A stretch of DNA of 64,000 nt from Lama guanicoe (GCA_013239625.1 MU057202.1:1997101-2061100); one strand, 5' to 3'; numbered from the stretch's first letter, positions 11,201 through 24,299 are shown. The notes: a model not told the origin generated them from the letters alone. Program-made: numbers and translations.

Positions 11201-11667
11201 GACCCCCTGCTGCTCACAAGACCATGTCACCTGGGACAACACCAGGTTTACTACGCGGTCCGCATGCTGTTCAGTGCGAATGTTACAAACATCCTGCCTC
11301 TCCAGCACCGGGTGCCACACTTCTCCAGGTAGAGTCACCGTCTGCTGTCCCACATGTCCCCTGGTCTCTCTGGACAAGCCTACTAGTGAGGGAAGCCCCT
11401 CCCACCCACGCCTACTGACACATGACCAGCCAGTAATCTGATGTTCAGGTGAAGGTGGGGAGGGGTACGTTAGCCTTCGCAAGAGTGAGCCCACCAGACA
11501 GAGGCTGACAACCCAGCTCTGCTCTGATGGACTGTGTGACATCAGCAAGATGCCCTCACCCTTCTGTGCCTTCACTGTCTGGTCTGCACAAGTGGGACAA
11601 CGTTAGCTGCCTCATCAAGCCGTTGTACGGAGCAAATTTAATAACGGCTGTAAGTCCGTGGGACAGC

Positions 11668-11890
11668 GCCTCCCCAGTTCTCATCTGTAAGCGGGAACAG
11701 TCGGAGCGGGGGAGTCGCTCAGCGGTGGCGCGCGTGTTTAGTATGCACAAGGTCCTGGGGTCGATCGCCAGAGCCTCCATTAGAAAAAAGGGGAATAATC
11801 GTAACGCCTCCTGCACAGGGCGGCTGTCAGGATTAGATCAGTCTCTGCACGTAGGTACCCGGCACGCGAGAGGCTCTTAGCAACAGGGGT
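11668..11890 (+). mobile_element. MIR SINE interrupted by a tRNA-derived SINE
   Basis: cagttctcatctgtaa [insert] gggaataat...cagggcggctgtcaggattaga...ccggcacg is continuous with the MIR core across the insert. Confidence 0.6.
11703..11790 (+). mobile_element. Short tRNA-Ala-derived SINE (vic-1-like) or tRNA-Ala retrocopy
   Basis: gctcagcggtggcgcgcgtgtttagtatgcacaaggtcctggggtcgatcgccagagcctcca followed by an A-rich tail. Decayed TSD gggaacagtc (11693-11702) / gggaataatc (11791-11800). Confidence 0.8.
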
Positions 11891-14800
11891 CCTGTCTCTG
11901 TACGCAGACATCACCTCTGATCTAAACACATGTGCTTTACAAGTCCGTTTGTGACTTCCTGGTTCTGGAGCGAAATCACGAACCCACAGCTCTGCTCATG
12001 GTCCGTGATTCTGGAGCTTTCTGGAAACTCCTGGGACTGCTTCTCTCAGTGCTTCCTCCCGGGCTGGCCGGCAGCCATTTTCACCTCGTCCTTGCAGTGT
12101 TACGCTTCTCGAGTTGATTCAACCGTTCGAACGAACGTGAAACCAAAAGCAAAACGGGCTGCCACACAGGGTGCGGGTCCTAGGAAACCCCAGGGAGCGA
12201 TTTTCTCGGGCGAGGAGAGCAAGTCCTTCGGCGTTTCCTTGCCTTGCTCAGGAGCTAGGGCTCCCCTCCCAGGGCTGGCCATCCAGCTCTTGTGAACTCA
12301 AGGGCCTTGGGAAGGACTAAAAGTCTTTATTTCTGCCCCCTCCCCCAAGGAAGACAAGGCCTGTAGGCCAAGGAGAGGCTCCACCCCTCTCCTGGGGACA
12401 AAGGGACCAGACTGGGGTGCAGCTTCTCCGAAATTCATGCATTTCACAGCCCGCCTTATAAAGCGTAAGGAACATTTCTTTAAATGCTGTGGCTAAATAT
12501 AGCAGAGGTCTGGTCAGCTCGGACATTTTTAGAAAGCACATTACAAATCAGGAATGTTTTGGAGAAATAAATAAACTTTCCCACATTTTTGGACTTTGTG
12601 CCGGCCCTGCGGGCTCCATCTTGGGGGGGGGCTGATGAATAATTCATGGGGGCTCTGGCTGGTGGGTGCCCAGCCCGGCAAGTGGCTGCTCCTCCCCTTC
12701 CTTGGGCGCAGGAACGCGGTGGGGGTGGGAGACACCATCAGGCTAGGGCAGGCCAGTGTCTGTAAGGGCCACTCGGCGACACGAGGGGGAAGGAGGGGAG
12801 GAGAAAGAAATCTGTTTCCAATGCATGTCATTTCTTGTCTCTGCTGCTTGTTCCGGGGGTTCCCTGGGCCTCCGCATAAGGGAGGAGAAACCAGGGGCCG
12901 TGTGCCCACCTCTGTGTCGCAGGAGGACCTCCCAGTGCCTGTGTCCCGTTCTGCTGGCCTGTGGTGGGACCCGCTGGCATGTTTCTGAAAGCTCTTCAGG
13001 GGTCTGCTCTGGGGCCGGGATGGAGAGCCTGGTACCAGACGCGGGGCCAGACCGGCGCCACCGGCGGGTCTCCGGGGCGGGAGAGCGGTGCGGGACGTGC
13101 GAGTCTCTTTTTCCTCCTTCGTATTTATGAGCATCTGTACTCAGCTTCCACTTGGTAGTCGTTTTAGACTCTGCCTCTCTCCGTGACCTCGAGCTTCCTT
13201 TCCCTTCGCTCAGGGCAGAGTCGCCGTCACTCAAACACTTGTCGGACAAGCTGTGTGTCCACACAAGAGACGTGGAGCATTCAGAAGAGAGCTGAAAAGA
13301 GACCAGGTGTGTGGCCCTGCAGTAATCCCAGCACCGGGGAGCACGGCTGGCGTTCCCCCCAGGTCACACATTTCTGCACCTTTCATAGCACCGTAGCTAG
13401 AGACAGATGTGTAAGTGCAAATGGCTTTCCCCTTCATCAGTGCCGCCACCACCCTAGAGCTGTGCAGTCCCCGTGCGGGGCACACGCAGCGTCCCGGGCC
13501 TGAGGCCTCTGGAAGGCACAGCCCTTTAACTGCTGACAGCCTGGCCACAGACAGAGGTGAACCGAAAACAGATTTGTTTATTTATTTATTAAAAGTCTTT
13601 TGCTTTGAAATAATTACAGATTCGCAGGAAGGTGCCCAGAAATGAACGGGGAGGTGAAAAAGACTTCTTTTGTACAAGAATCTTCATAGCCATTTTCTTA
13701 TTTAATCACCCTCACACGAGGCAGGCATGAACGTGCTCCCCATTTACACGGGCACACGGACATGGGAACCAGCAATTTTGATATCAGTAAGGAAGGGAAG
13801 GCTTGGGGTCAAGTGCCCGGATTATGCGGAAGAACCACTTGGCACCAAGAAACAGAAAATGGGTTTCAAGTTGAATGAAGTCGCCTGGCTGCCGCCATTG
13901 GTCAGGGCTCATGGCCTCCCCTTGCCTTGCACTGTCCCCCCAGAGAAGGTCCTGAGCTCAGGACCCCGCCACCTGGGGCCTCTTGTAATCACTGCGGCAA
14001 GCCCTCAAGGTTGCCTGGAGTCTTCCCACTCGATAGATGAGCACAGAGCATACAGCCAGGAGGTGCCTGCATCAAAAATCCAGGCCATTTATTCCCAAAG
14101 CTCCAGTTCTCTCTCACTCCATCTGCGCGGCGCACGCTGCGTTTCACGCACGTGCACATACATTTCAGTGCCTTTGCCACCAGGATAGTTTGTCATTCTC
14201 CATCCATCCAAGAGTGAGTGTCACGTGCTGGCCTCTGACACACCCTAGCCGTGAACAAAGGGACCGGACCTGGTCCCGCCCTGGAGGGGCTTATCTTCAG
14301 GTGGGGAAAGCGGGCGAAGCAGCGTCAACACGCGCTGTTGACATTTACGGCTTCTCAAAATCTTTTAAACGCTCTCCACTTCCTGGCAGATTCCCGTTCT
14401 TTCACACAGAAAATGAACAAGCCTGCTTGTCTCCGGCTCTGTGTGCTAGGGTGGCCCCCACCCCCGGTGTAGAGGTGCGACCTCAGGAGCCGGGTGGGCA
14501 GGGAAGGGGGTGCGGTGTGCCCGCTGTGATGCTGGGGCCACGGAAGTGGTCCTGGGACCGGGAGCCGTGCGAGCTGCCCAGGACTGAGGTCCTCCCAACC
14601 TGTGGAGGGGGCGGCCTCCGTGGGGGCCAGCCCTGCTGTGCCGGGCAGGGGCTCAGTCCTGGGAGCTCAGCCCAGAGTCCCCCCTGGGCAGCCTCTGCAG
14701 AGAGCCTGTGAGCGACGTGCAATTTCTTTCTGTGTAATGGAATGAGGGTTTGCAGTACAAACTTAAGCCAATAAAAGAGAGATAAGATCTGTGAGGAGCT

Positions 14801-14964
14801 AATTGTCATTGTAGCATCTGCTGAGTGCCCGGCCCCTGCTGGGGACGATTCTGAGCACTTTGCATGCACTGTTACTCATTCACTACCCCCAGTGGCAGGT
14901 TTGGAGAGCTTAGTCATTTCCCAAGGTCTCGTAACTGTCCGTGGCAGAGCTGGGTTTGGCTTCG

Positions 14965-15129
14965 GGCTGGGGCTGTTGGCAACGATGGAGATTGTTTTGG
15001 TTGCCATAACGAAGGGAGACATGCTGATGGCACCCAGTGGGGGTGCTGTTGCACATCCTGCAAAGCACAGACAGTACCCCCAGCGGAGATTCATCCGACT
15101 CTTACATCCCTGAGGTTTGAGAGACCCCA
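14965..15129. mobile_element. MER20-like hAT-Charlie non-autonomous DNA transposon
   Basis: ttggcaacgatggagattgttttggttgccataac...tgctgatggcacccagtggg...catcctgcaaagcacag...gaggtttgagagaccc. Confidence 0.7.
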
Positions 15130-15294
15130 TGTAGTCCCTCGGTGAGACCCCCGCCTGAAGAGCAGAGCTAGTGGCACTGGACACGGTACCATTTTCTTCC
15201 AGTCTCTCTGGATGTTCAAACCCTATAATGCCTCTTGATCAGGGCTGCAGTTTTGGATCTTCTAGACCAGTGAGCCAAGAAAGAGTAGTGTGGC

Positions 15295-15500
15295 AATTTT
15301 AGTAGCCATATTTTAAAAAAGAAAAAGTGAAAAGATACAGGTAAAGTTGATTTTAGTGATATATTTCCTTGACCTCCACCCATCTAAGATACTACCATTT
15401 CAGTGTGTAATTTAATACAAAAGCTATTGGCAGGCTTTACATTGTTTTGGTACCAAGACTGCAAAATCCATATCTTAAGTTAGACGAGCCACACTTCTAA
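15295..15500. mobile_element. MER33-like hAT-Charlie fragment
   Basis: ttttagtagccatattttaaaaaag...caggtaaagttgattttagtgatatattt...accatttcagtgtgtaat. Confidence 0.55.
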
Positions 15501-16929
15501 GAGCGGTACGAAACAAACAAGCAACAAAAGCAAAGAGCCACGCGTACCCCGCCGCAGCCCCGTCCGACGGCTCGGACAGATTCGCTCTGGCTGCCCTTTC
15601 ACACACTTTTCTAGAATTCTACAGCTCTTTAGAGTACTCGTCCCAACTGCAGTTAAGCAATTATTTGCCCAATAACGAGTCTTGCGTCTGTCCCTCCCCA
15701 CTACGCAATGAGCGCTATGCGGGCAGAGGTCACCTCATTTTTTGCGGTGCCCCCTTTTTTCTATTATGTCCAGCCCAGTGCCTGCCACGCAAGCAGGCGT
15801 CCAAAACATGTTCGTTACAGGACTGCTTCTTCCTCCACGTCTGATGCCCCTGCCGGAGTGAATGTCCCTCAGCTTACTGCAACCGACTGCTCGGTGCATG
15901 GTAGACAGTCACTACCTGTAGGATGCAGAATCTCGGGAAGGCACTTGCCAGACTCCAAATGCATCCTTCCACGCGAGGCTGCTCTCCACACCTTCACTCA
16001 CTCAGCCCAGGGCAGGTGGGTGGCGGTGGGGCTTATTTGACCTGTAAACATGGGCAGAGCCAGGCAGGCATCCAGGGCCACAGCCTGGCTCTTCTCCCCT
16101 GGCAGTGAGCTGCCCTCTATTTTGCTCTCAAGGATCTGCCCACTTCCCCCCACAACTATGGGGTGGGGGCTGTGGGGGTCTAGAGCAGCCACGGACTAGT
16201 GGTCAAGTCTGCTGTTCACCGAGGACACAAGCCACAGTCTCCAGCTGAGCTTTCAAAATGAGTATCTTTAACTTCTCTCTGTCCAATCCTGTCATTTCCC
16301 AAATGGCTCAGAATCCCGACGATCTCCTGATTTTACTGGTGAGGACCCCACCGAGGAGCATGGAGAAGTGAGCTCCCCAAGGCACAGAGCTATATGGTGG
16401 AGGGTCGAGTGGGGGCTCCCAGCTCCCAGCCTGGAGTGCGGGGGTCGGGGGGGCTCAGGTTGCAGCTCATGAGAAAAATGCATTTCTCAACTGGACGCGC
16501 CTCCACAGGCAAAGACCTCCGCGAAGAATCAAAGAGGTGGGCAGTCTTTACAGCGCCGTGGACGAGACCCAGGGGTCCCATTTTTAATCTCCGCGACGTC
16601 CCTGCGGGGCAGGGAGAACGTTCAAGCCTCAGACGCGACCTCTGGATTTATAGGTTTTTGAGTGAGCTGTATCCCAGTCTCCTCTGGCGAGAGGGTGCTT
16701 CTTGGAAGCTGGGGTGGTGGGGAGGGGGGTGGGGAGGGTTAGGAACAAGGAGACAGAGTGGCAGCTGGGGACTGTGAGAAACAGGAAAAGTCCTTCGAGC
16801 TCCATTAAGAGCAAGCGGCTGTCTTTCCCAGCAACAGAAATTCTCCGTGGGCCCCATAATTCATACCGCAGAGCCGAGCCTGAAATCAGCTCCAAGAAGC
16901 TGCCCTCGGTGCGACCATGTGATTAGGAC

Positions 16930-16977
16930 GTGTGTGTGTGTGTGTGTGTGGCTGCATGTGTGTGGTTGTGTGTGTGT
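16930..16977. repeat. Imperfect (TG)n microsatellite
   Basis: Seen directly. Confidence 0.9.
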
Positions 16978-18289
16978 TTTGGGAGGCAGAAAGAGACTTT
17001 GGGGGGAATCAAAAATCTCCAACTGTCCCCACATCGCAGGGGGCTCCTCGCCCGCAGCCGGCGTCCAGCGGTCTCCTGAGGACCCCCTCAGTGTCTCCCG
17101 GTGCTTCCCAAGGCTTTGTTTTCATTAGCAAAGCAATATGTAATAATAGTTGTTAAAATAATTGTATTTCTGTTTTTACATCTGTAAAGATTAAGTTAAA
17201 CAGTATGAAGCCCATTAAAGTATTTCATGACACGCTGCCGTGAACGGCCCTCGGTTCCCTCGGCTACTATTATTCCAGAGTAAACTTCAGAGCTCGGGCG
17301 GCTGCCACGATGGGTTATTTATAGCGGCTCATTCATCAATAAAAAACTTCAAAAGGAATCTGTTCCTCTTCTATTGGGAAGCCAAAGAAAACTCACATAA
17401 GGACAGCGCTGTTAAGAAACAAAGCGGAGGCGACCGCAGGACATTTTGCGAAGTAAAACCCCAATTTCTAACAAACACCGTGTCGCAAAAAGCGATTGCT
17501 GGCAGCGTGAATCCATTTAAGCTGCTGGGCCCCCACTGGACGGTTAAAGTAAGCTGTTAAACAGTTGTATTTATGTTGGCTTCAAAGGGCCTGAGCCTCC
17601 TCTCTGGGCTTTAAAAGTTAATGGGTCTGTGATCTTGACGTAGCGAAGCACGTCTTTTCATCTTAGATGAGCCTGGGGGATGGACTCATCCCTGTGCCGA
17701 TGGCTTATGGTTTGATCTCGTTTTCTTGGCTCTTGCTGCGACACTGGACTGGGGATGGAGTGGAGTCGCCCCTGGGGGCAGACCGTTTTCCGAGCACTCC
17801 CTGTGTGCACGGCGCACCCTGAGGACGAAGCGGGCGCCGCTGGCTCTGTCCTGCAGATGGGAAGGGCAAGGCGGAGGGAGGCTGAGTCCGTATCTATCAC
17901 GCTGGGCCAGAAATGCGTCCCATCTGCAGGACCCGTCTCTGGTGGCATCTCAGAACTGTGGCTGTTCGTTTGGCCTGGGATCTGGAAGCGTGACTGGATG
18001 TGGCCATTGGCAGGTTCAGGGACCAAACAATTGTGAGGGCCAACCCCCAAATGTCAGTGGAGCTACGCAGACAAGGGAGCCTGGCGTTTCCCTGCATTTC
18101 TATGCCCCCGTCCTGGGCAGGTCCTGGGAGGCATGAGGCTGGATGCCTAGGTGGGCAGGAGGGAAGAGCTGTGGAAAGGAAACCTCTCTTGCAGAACCCT
18201 GCGATGGAGACAGTCTGTACTTCAAGAGGTGGGGGCTGGAGCGCTGGGGAGTGACAACATAGCCCTAAGCCGCACAATTATCGGGCAGC

Positions 18290-18480
18290 TAGCATGTGCT
18301 GGGAGCCCTGCGGAGTGAGAGCAGTGCAGGCCCTCTGTCATTTATCTTTCCCAGCCTTGTGCTGTAAATACTCACAGCAGGCCCATTTTACAGACAAGGG
18401 GACTGAGGCTCAGCAAATGAATTTGCTCAAGGTTACCCAGCAGGGAAGTGGCAGAGCTGGGACTAGAGTCTGGACTGGAG
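18290..18480 (-). mobile_element. MIR SINE
   Basis: cccattttacagacaaggggactgaggctcag...ttgctcaaggttacccagcagggaagtggcagagctggga. Confidence 0.75.
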
Positions 18481-19884
18481 TCCCAGGAGTGGGAGGCATT
18501 GGATTCAGCCAGGACAGTGGTGACGGGTCCTGCAGCTTGTCCATGGCACAGAGCTGGCCGAGGGGCCAAGGCTGAACACCCAGCCTGTGCACCCCAGAGA
18601 AGAGGCACCTTCTGGGCTCCCGTGGCCAGGGAGCCGGCCCGATCTAGATGGAAATCTGGCTTTGCTGCTCATTACCAAGTTATTCAGCCTCTTGGAGCCT
18701 CAGATGTCTCATCCCTCAAATGGGGTAACGACCTCAAGGTGGTGGTGAGGATGGAATGGGATGAGGTCATGGATCTGCAGTGACGGGCACCACGTAACAA
18801 TCACAACAGTGGGCATGGAGCGGGCGCTTCCCCAGGGCCAGACCGGCGCCAGCAGCCTTGCCAAGTGTAGAAACTCACGCAGGCCCTCCAGCCCCACGCT
18901 CATTTTATAGACCAGTGAGCTGGCCCCAGAGAGGGGTGGTAGCCTGCCCGTCACCACACAGCGCTACATGCTTGAGCCGGGAGGCGGGCTGGCCCCCAGT
19001 CCCTTCTCCCATCGCTCTCCCACTCACCCCTTTGGCGGGTCCTCCGTAAATATGATGGATTAGGCACCGCACCTTTCGTAGCACTGACACACTTGCTCTG
19101 GGAACACGAGGCCACCGACGCATTTCTGCCCCACTCCTGGGACACCATACCCAGGATTCTCATCACGAGTTATGCTTCAGAATGCTTTCCAGTTGTGTAA
19201 CACGCATTCTGAGATGCAGCCGATGTATGGCCTGGGAACTGGGAAGCTTGGATCCCGCCCCTGGCCAGCATCGCTGCTGCACACCTGGACAGGTGGCCCT
19301 ACGTGGGTGGCCCCGTGCCCTCTGCGCTGCTTCCTAGCCTGTCATAAAGGGAGCTCGCCCCAGGCTGGCTGAGGGCTGCTCCATCGTCACACACTTCAGG
19401 TGTCTGTCTGCCTCTGCATTCAGAGGGGCCCCTGCACATGTGCTTGACCGCAGACCTCCCTCCAGAGGGACTGGGTTCTCAAAGAACGTCAGCTCGGCTT
19501 TTGTCCAGAGCCTGAGGCGGGGGGGGGGGCCCCATCTCAGGCACAGAGCTGCGACTACATCACGTTCTTTGGGTGAGAGCCGTTTGGGTTCCCCATAAAT
19601 GCTACCAGGAGGGGTATGGAGGGTGTCTCAGATTTAGGGGTGGGGATCAAAACAAAATGAAAATGCTGCCTTTTGCAATTTCCTTGAATGCAGTTATCAA
19701 GATGAACGGGCCTCTACGAAGACCAGAACCCCTTTGTGGCACCGTTAGCTGGAGGTTTCCGCTCACAGCTCTCCGGTGTGCGGAGGGAAGACCTGAGCTT
19801 GCTGGATGAAGGAGATGCTGCCAGCCCCCTGGCGTGGCATCCCCAACTTGTTCAGCGGATCCTTTCCCGAGGCCCGCTGTCAGC

Positions 19885-20349
19885 ACTGGATGAATTCAGC
19901 TGCATTTTGGATTTGCTGACCATCTCACGCTGTTTTTAAAATGCTTGGGGTTTGATAAAAACCGAAAAAGATATTTGCCGAGCTCCATTCCCCTTCATTT
20001 TTTAAACCCATGTGGATTTTAAGGAGAATTTAATCCATATGTTTCTGATTCATTTGCTCTTAACTCATCAAAACCTTGTTTCAAAAAAAAAAAAAAAAAA
20101 AAAACTTTATTTGATTTACTGGATGAATTCAGCTGCATTTTGGATTTGCTGACCATCTCACGCTGTTTTTAAAATGCTTGGGGTTTGATAAAAACCGAAA
20201 AAGATATTTGCCGAGCTCCATTCCCCTTCATTTTTTAAACCCATGTGGATTTTAAGGGGAATTTAATCCATATGTTTCTGATTCATTTGCTCTTAACTCA
20301 TCAAAACCTTGTTTCAAAAAAAAAAAAAAAAAACAAAACTCTATTTGAT
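19885..20349. repeat. Direct tandem duplication, 233-bp period, two copies
   Basis: 19885-20082 and 20118-20315 are identical over 198 nt except one A/G (20025/20258). Each copy is followed by a poly-A tract (A22 versus A18CA4). Confidence 0.97.
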
Positions 20350-20769
20350 GTCCAAGGAGATTTCGGAGTTGGGTTTTAAATCTTTTAAAGTCTTCCTTTC
20401 CTGGCTTTGAAATGAGATGTTGCCTTTTGCCAAGCATAAATGAGCTCCCTAGCTGAAAAAAGGTTCATGTTTGGTTCACAATTAGAGAACTGTGAATTCT
20501 CAGTGGGCTGTGAAATGGGCAAAACCTGTTCCTTTGAAGACTGGTCAAGACCCTCTCCCCCAAATCCAGGACCTGGTCCTGCCCACTCTGCATCCAGGAG
20601 CCGTGCCGATGGCCAAGTGAGGGACAGGAATGATAAACCCTTTAATTTACCACCTTGGTTCTGCCCAGAGAAGGACGGGCTGGAAGGCGTTTTCGAGGAC
20701 TGGTCTCCACACGCTTTAAGGGAACAGAACTTAGGAGGGCCTTCTAATGTGTTTATAATGTCTGATTTC

Positions 20770-21300
20770 TATTAAACTTTTTACAACACAACATTTAAAA
20801 CACATACAAGAGTAGAGGATGCCCCCTGTACTCACCAAGCTTCCACAGTATCAACCTGGACTTGGAGGTAAGTCCTGGATTTTCCATCATTGCATTCTTC
20901 AGTATTTCAGCCGATATCTCTAAAATATAAGGAAAGACTCTTGAAACACCCACAAAACTCTGGTGACAAATTGACAACACTTTCCTAAACGCCATACACA
21001 TCCTCATTAACTTCCCCCTATTTTCTCATATTGTTAAGAAACGGGGTTCTTCGACTTGGCATCTGGACAAAGCCACGCACTGCACTTGGTGGCGGCGTCT
21101 CATAGGCTGCTTTTAGTCCTTTGGTAACTGTCTTCTCTCTTTCTTTTGACAATTTACTTCTTGAAGACAAAGGTCATTTACCACGTGGCATTTCCCACGT
21201 TTTGGATTTTCCTGATTATGTCCCTGCATTTAACAAATTTCTCTTCCCCTACAAAGTACAGTTTCTTAAGGCTGATGTATTTACAAAAAAAAAAACTTCA
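20770..21300 (-). mobile_element. Ancient L1 (L1MC/L1ME-type) 3' fragment
   Basis: catttaaaacacatacaagagtagag...cactgcacttggtggcggcgtctc...gacaatttacttcttgaagac...tttcccacgttttggatttt. Confidence 0.55.
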
Positions 21301-21427
21301 TAGAGTCAATTCTAGCAGACGAATTTATTATACATTTTGATAGGCTTAATATTTCCTTTTATCTACCTTGAAATATCCCCTTTGGCCCTGCCTATAACTT
21401 CGTTCTCTGGTTATTCCTCTCCGGCCC

Positions 21428-21431
<4 letters not shown>

Positions 21432-21496
<65 letters not shown>
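21432..21496. repeat. Compound (TC)n(AC)n microsatellite
   Basis: Seen directly. Confidence 0.95.
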
Positions 21497-22719
21497 GTGT
21501 TCACTTGTTTGGCCCTGCGGTTACAAGACATCAAATGCTGCAGCGGCAGGTCCCTGCTCCATCACGTGCTGAGACCCAGCAGGAATGAGGGGACAGGAGA
21601 GAGCAGAGATAACCCTGAACATGAACACGCAGCTACAATAAACATGCTTGTCTTCCTTCACGTATAATTCTAGTTTAACTAGATTGTTCTGAAACGGTAT
21701 CATTAACATGACTGCATATCCAGGTGTCAGTGACGCTAAACGGATGAAAATAGACTGATCAGTGATAATGGACCCTCAGCTGAAATGCACGCGCGGCGTT
21801 CCAGCCAGTGTCAGTGGGCGCTGGCTCTCGACTCCCCAAATGCTGGAGAAGGTGAGGAGGCACTGGATCACTCTTGCTTTCCTAGTGGGAAAGGAAAATG
21901 GTACAGTCGCTGTAGAAACCAGTAAACACGCTTCTCCACATTCGATCTTGCACGTTACGTATCACTGAGCCCCCCGGCGAGGAAGCGTTTCCCCTTTCCA
22001 TTTTCCTCCGTGCCACCCGATTGCACCAAGGAGAGTCTCAGTCAGTGGGACGGGCTCTCGCTTCCCTCTAACACCTGCCAGGCTTCTCACTTCAGGAAGG
22101 CAGATCCAGGCCTGGGCACGGAGCCGTGGGCGGGTAACGACGTCTGGCTGGCACTGAATAACACTGCTTTGCTTTTCTCGTATCTGCTTTTGGTTACAGC
22201 CCACATATCAAGAGATACTGACTGTCCATGGACAGCCATCCTTCAAAGTTTTTACTTTTAAAAGTTGTGAAAGTGAAAAGAGCACGTCGACTTAAAGGAA
22301 AACCCTCGTGAGATCGTGGGGCAGCGGTCTGTGCTGCGGGAGCCTCACGCTCACGGGTGGCTGATGTTCAGAGTCAGTGCAGGGGAGGAGGGAGCCCTGG
22401 GGGAGGCAGTGAGAAAGCCTGGGTCCTTTTCCCCCTCTTCTTCGTAGCTAAGCAGTGAATGCAGGTGGTCACTTGGCCCCCTGCGGTCTGCTTGTCTCCC
22501 CGGCGCAGCTGGAGGCAATCCATGCCCTGAACGCTCGCCCCACCTCCCAGGGCTTCGGTGGAGGAACGGAGATGAGGAACGTGACGCCCTGTAAACTGTG
22601 ATTGCCATGCGACTTCAGTTGTCTGCTTTGCACCCCTGTAGCCACCATTTCTTCTCTCTTCTCTCCTCGTCCTTCAACACAGTCCTTCCTCTCTTCCTGA
22701 CACCCTGCTCATTCATCGC

Positions 22720-23299
22720 GCTTCTGGAGCTCAACAGGAGCTAGCGCAGGTGGTTGGGAAGAGACGAAAAGAAAACCACAGCTCCTCGTTGGAGGTGCCA
22801 GAAATAGCTGGGGCTGGCGGCCGCGATGCCGCCAGTGCTTCTGTCTGCATCAGACTCCACCCCGGGCCACAGTGATTGGCCCCAGCTCCACCCACGTGAC
22901 CCCTGCTGGGCCAATCAGAGTCCACTGCAGGACTTTTCTCACAGGACCGGGGAGGCAGCTACTCCTTGAGAAAGATGGGAGCCTGGAGTTGCCTGCAGTG
23001 GCGGTTCCCGCCTGGCGGTGGGTGGCGGAGCTGAGCCAGAGCCACCCGGAGAGATGGTCCCCCCCTTTCAGTTCTCTCCCACATCATCTCACTCTGCCCA
23101 GGAGAGTGTCAGTGTGGTGATTTCTTTCTTCTTGAAGGAAAAAGAGAAGGTGGAGAGAGAGAGGACCGCATTTGAGTCTCTGAGGCTCGCTCTGCCCCAG
23201 ATATTTGGCTGGAGGAGCTGATGAATTCTTAAGCTCAGTTTACTTAAGCCAGAGTGTGCTGTGTTTTTGTCACCCTCAATCAAGGGTCCTAATGAAATA
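22720..23299 (+). mobile_element. ERVL-MaLR LTR (MLT1K-like)
   Basis: ggccacagtgattggc...cacgtgacccctgctgggccaatcagagtcc...cttaagccagagtgtgctgtgtttttgtcac...gtcctaatgaaata. Confidence 0.55.
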
Positions 23300-24299
23300 G
23301 ATCAGTTTAAATCACATTTAGAAAGCACATACTGGACAGTTTGGTGACTGGACCACAGGATATCTGTAAACAGATTTAGGACTGGTCTCCCTGCTTTGCG
23401 ACGGCGGACCCCAAGTGCTCTGGAGGGAGAAGCCACGGTCCTAGATCGGGTCCCGGAACCCAAGCATCCTCAGCACCATCGATGCTGACGGCTAGCTTCC
23501 TGTGATGCACTGTTCCGGATAGCAACTTGCATTTTGATAACCTGGCTGTGTTTCCATAGTTACTGTGTTTTCTCAGAGCTTCCCACCAGTGTGGTCCAGG
23601 ATGACTGAGTGGCTGAGCCCCTGCAATGAGTGGGGCGCCCCGGAGGGACGGCAAAGATGTGAGCAACATGGAGTTTCTGTAGCCAAACAGGCGATGCTCA
23701 AGAGTCATTGTCTACTTGGTAAAGAAAGTGAGGCACTGAGTGAGGGTGAGAGACCTACTCCAGGAGCCTTAGAGCTTTCGGGCACAAACGGCCGTATCCT
23801 GTACCTTCCCCGCCGGGCTCTTCCCCTGCAGCCTGCTGCCCGTTTTACAGCGTTTGAAGGAGGCTGCCTCTCGGAGTCCTCTCCTGGCCTGCTATCTGTC
23901 ACTCAGCTGTGCCAGCATGGGCAGGCCCTCTGCGTCTCTGGGCCCCTGTGCTCCCCACTGGGGAGCGAAGGATTGCAGACTGTGGCTTCGGACTGCAGCT
24001 GATGGCTGAGGGCACGCCAGCCTTAGCTGTTTCCTCTGGTTCAACAATATTTTAAAACACACTGTATCTCACAGATCTTATCCTCGGGAGCAATCTGAGC
24101 AGCCTAGGGTCTGTCTCCTGGCCCACGCCAGCGGCTCATTCCCTTCCTGGCCCTTGTAGACTTCTGAGTTTGCAGTCCCTGGAGCACAAGGCAGTCTCTG
24201 ACTCAGTGTCCAGCCTTGACATTTCTATGATCATATCTTACTTTTTATACGCACACACACACGTACATGTATAAAATTCTGGACACTCTTTTGAGCACC

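Noticed and set aside
19885-20349. Two retrocopies (processed pseudogene or SINE) suggested by the poly-A tracts
   Set aside because: There is no ORF, Pol III box, AATAAA or TSD, and the similarity continues past the poly-A. This fits a DNA-level tandem duplication or an assembly artefact.
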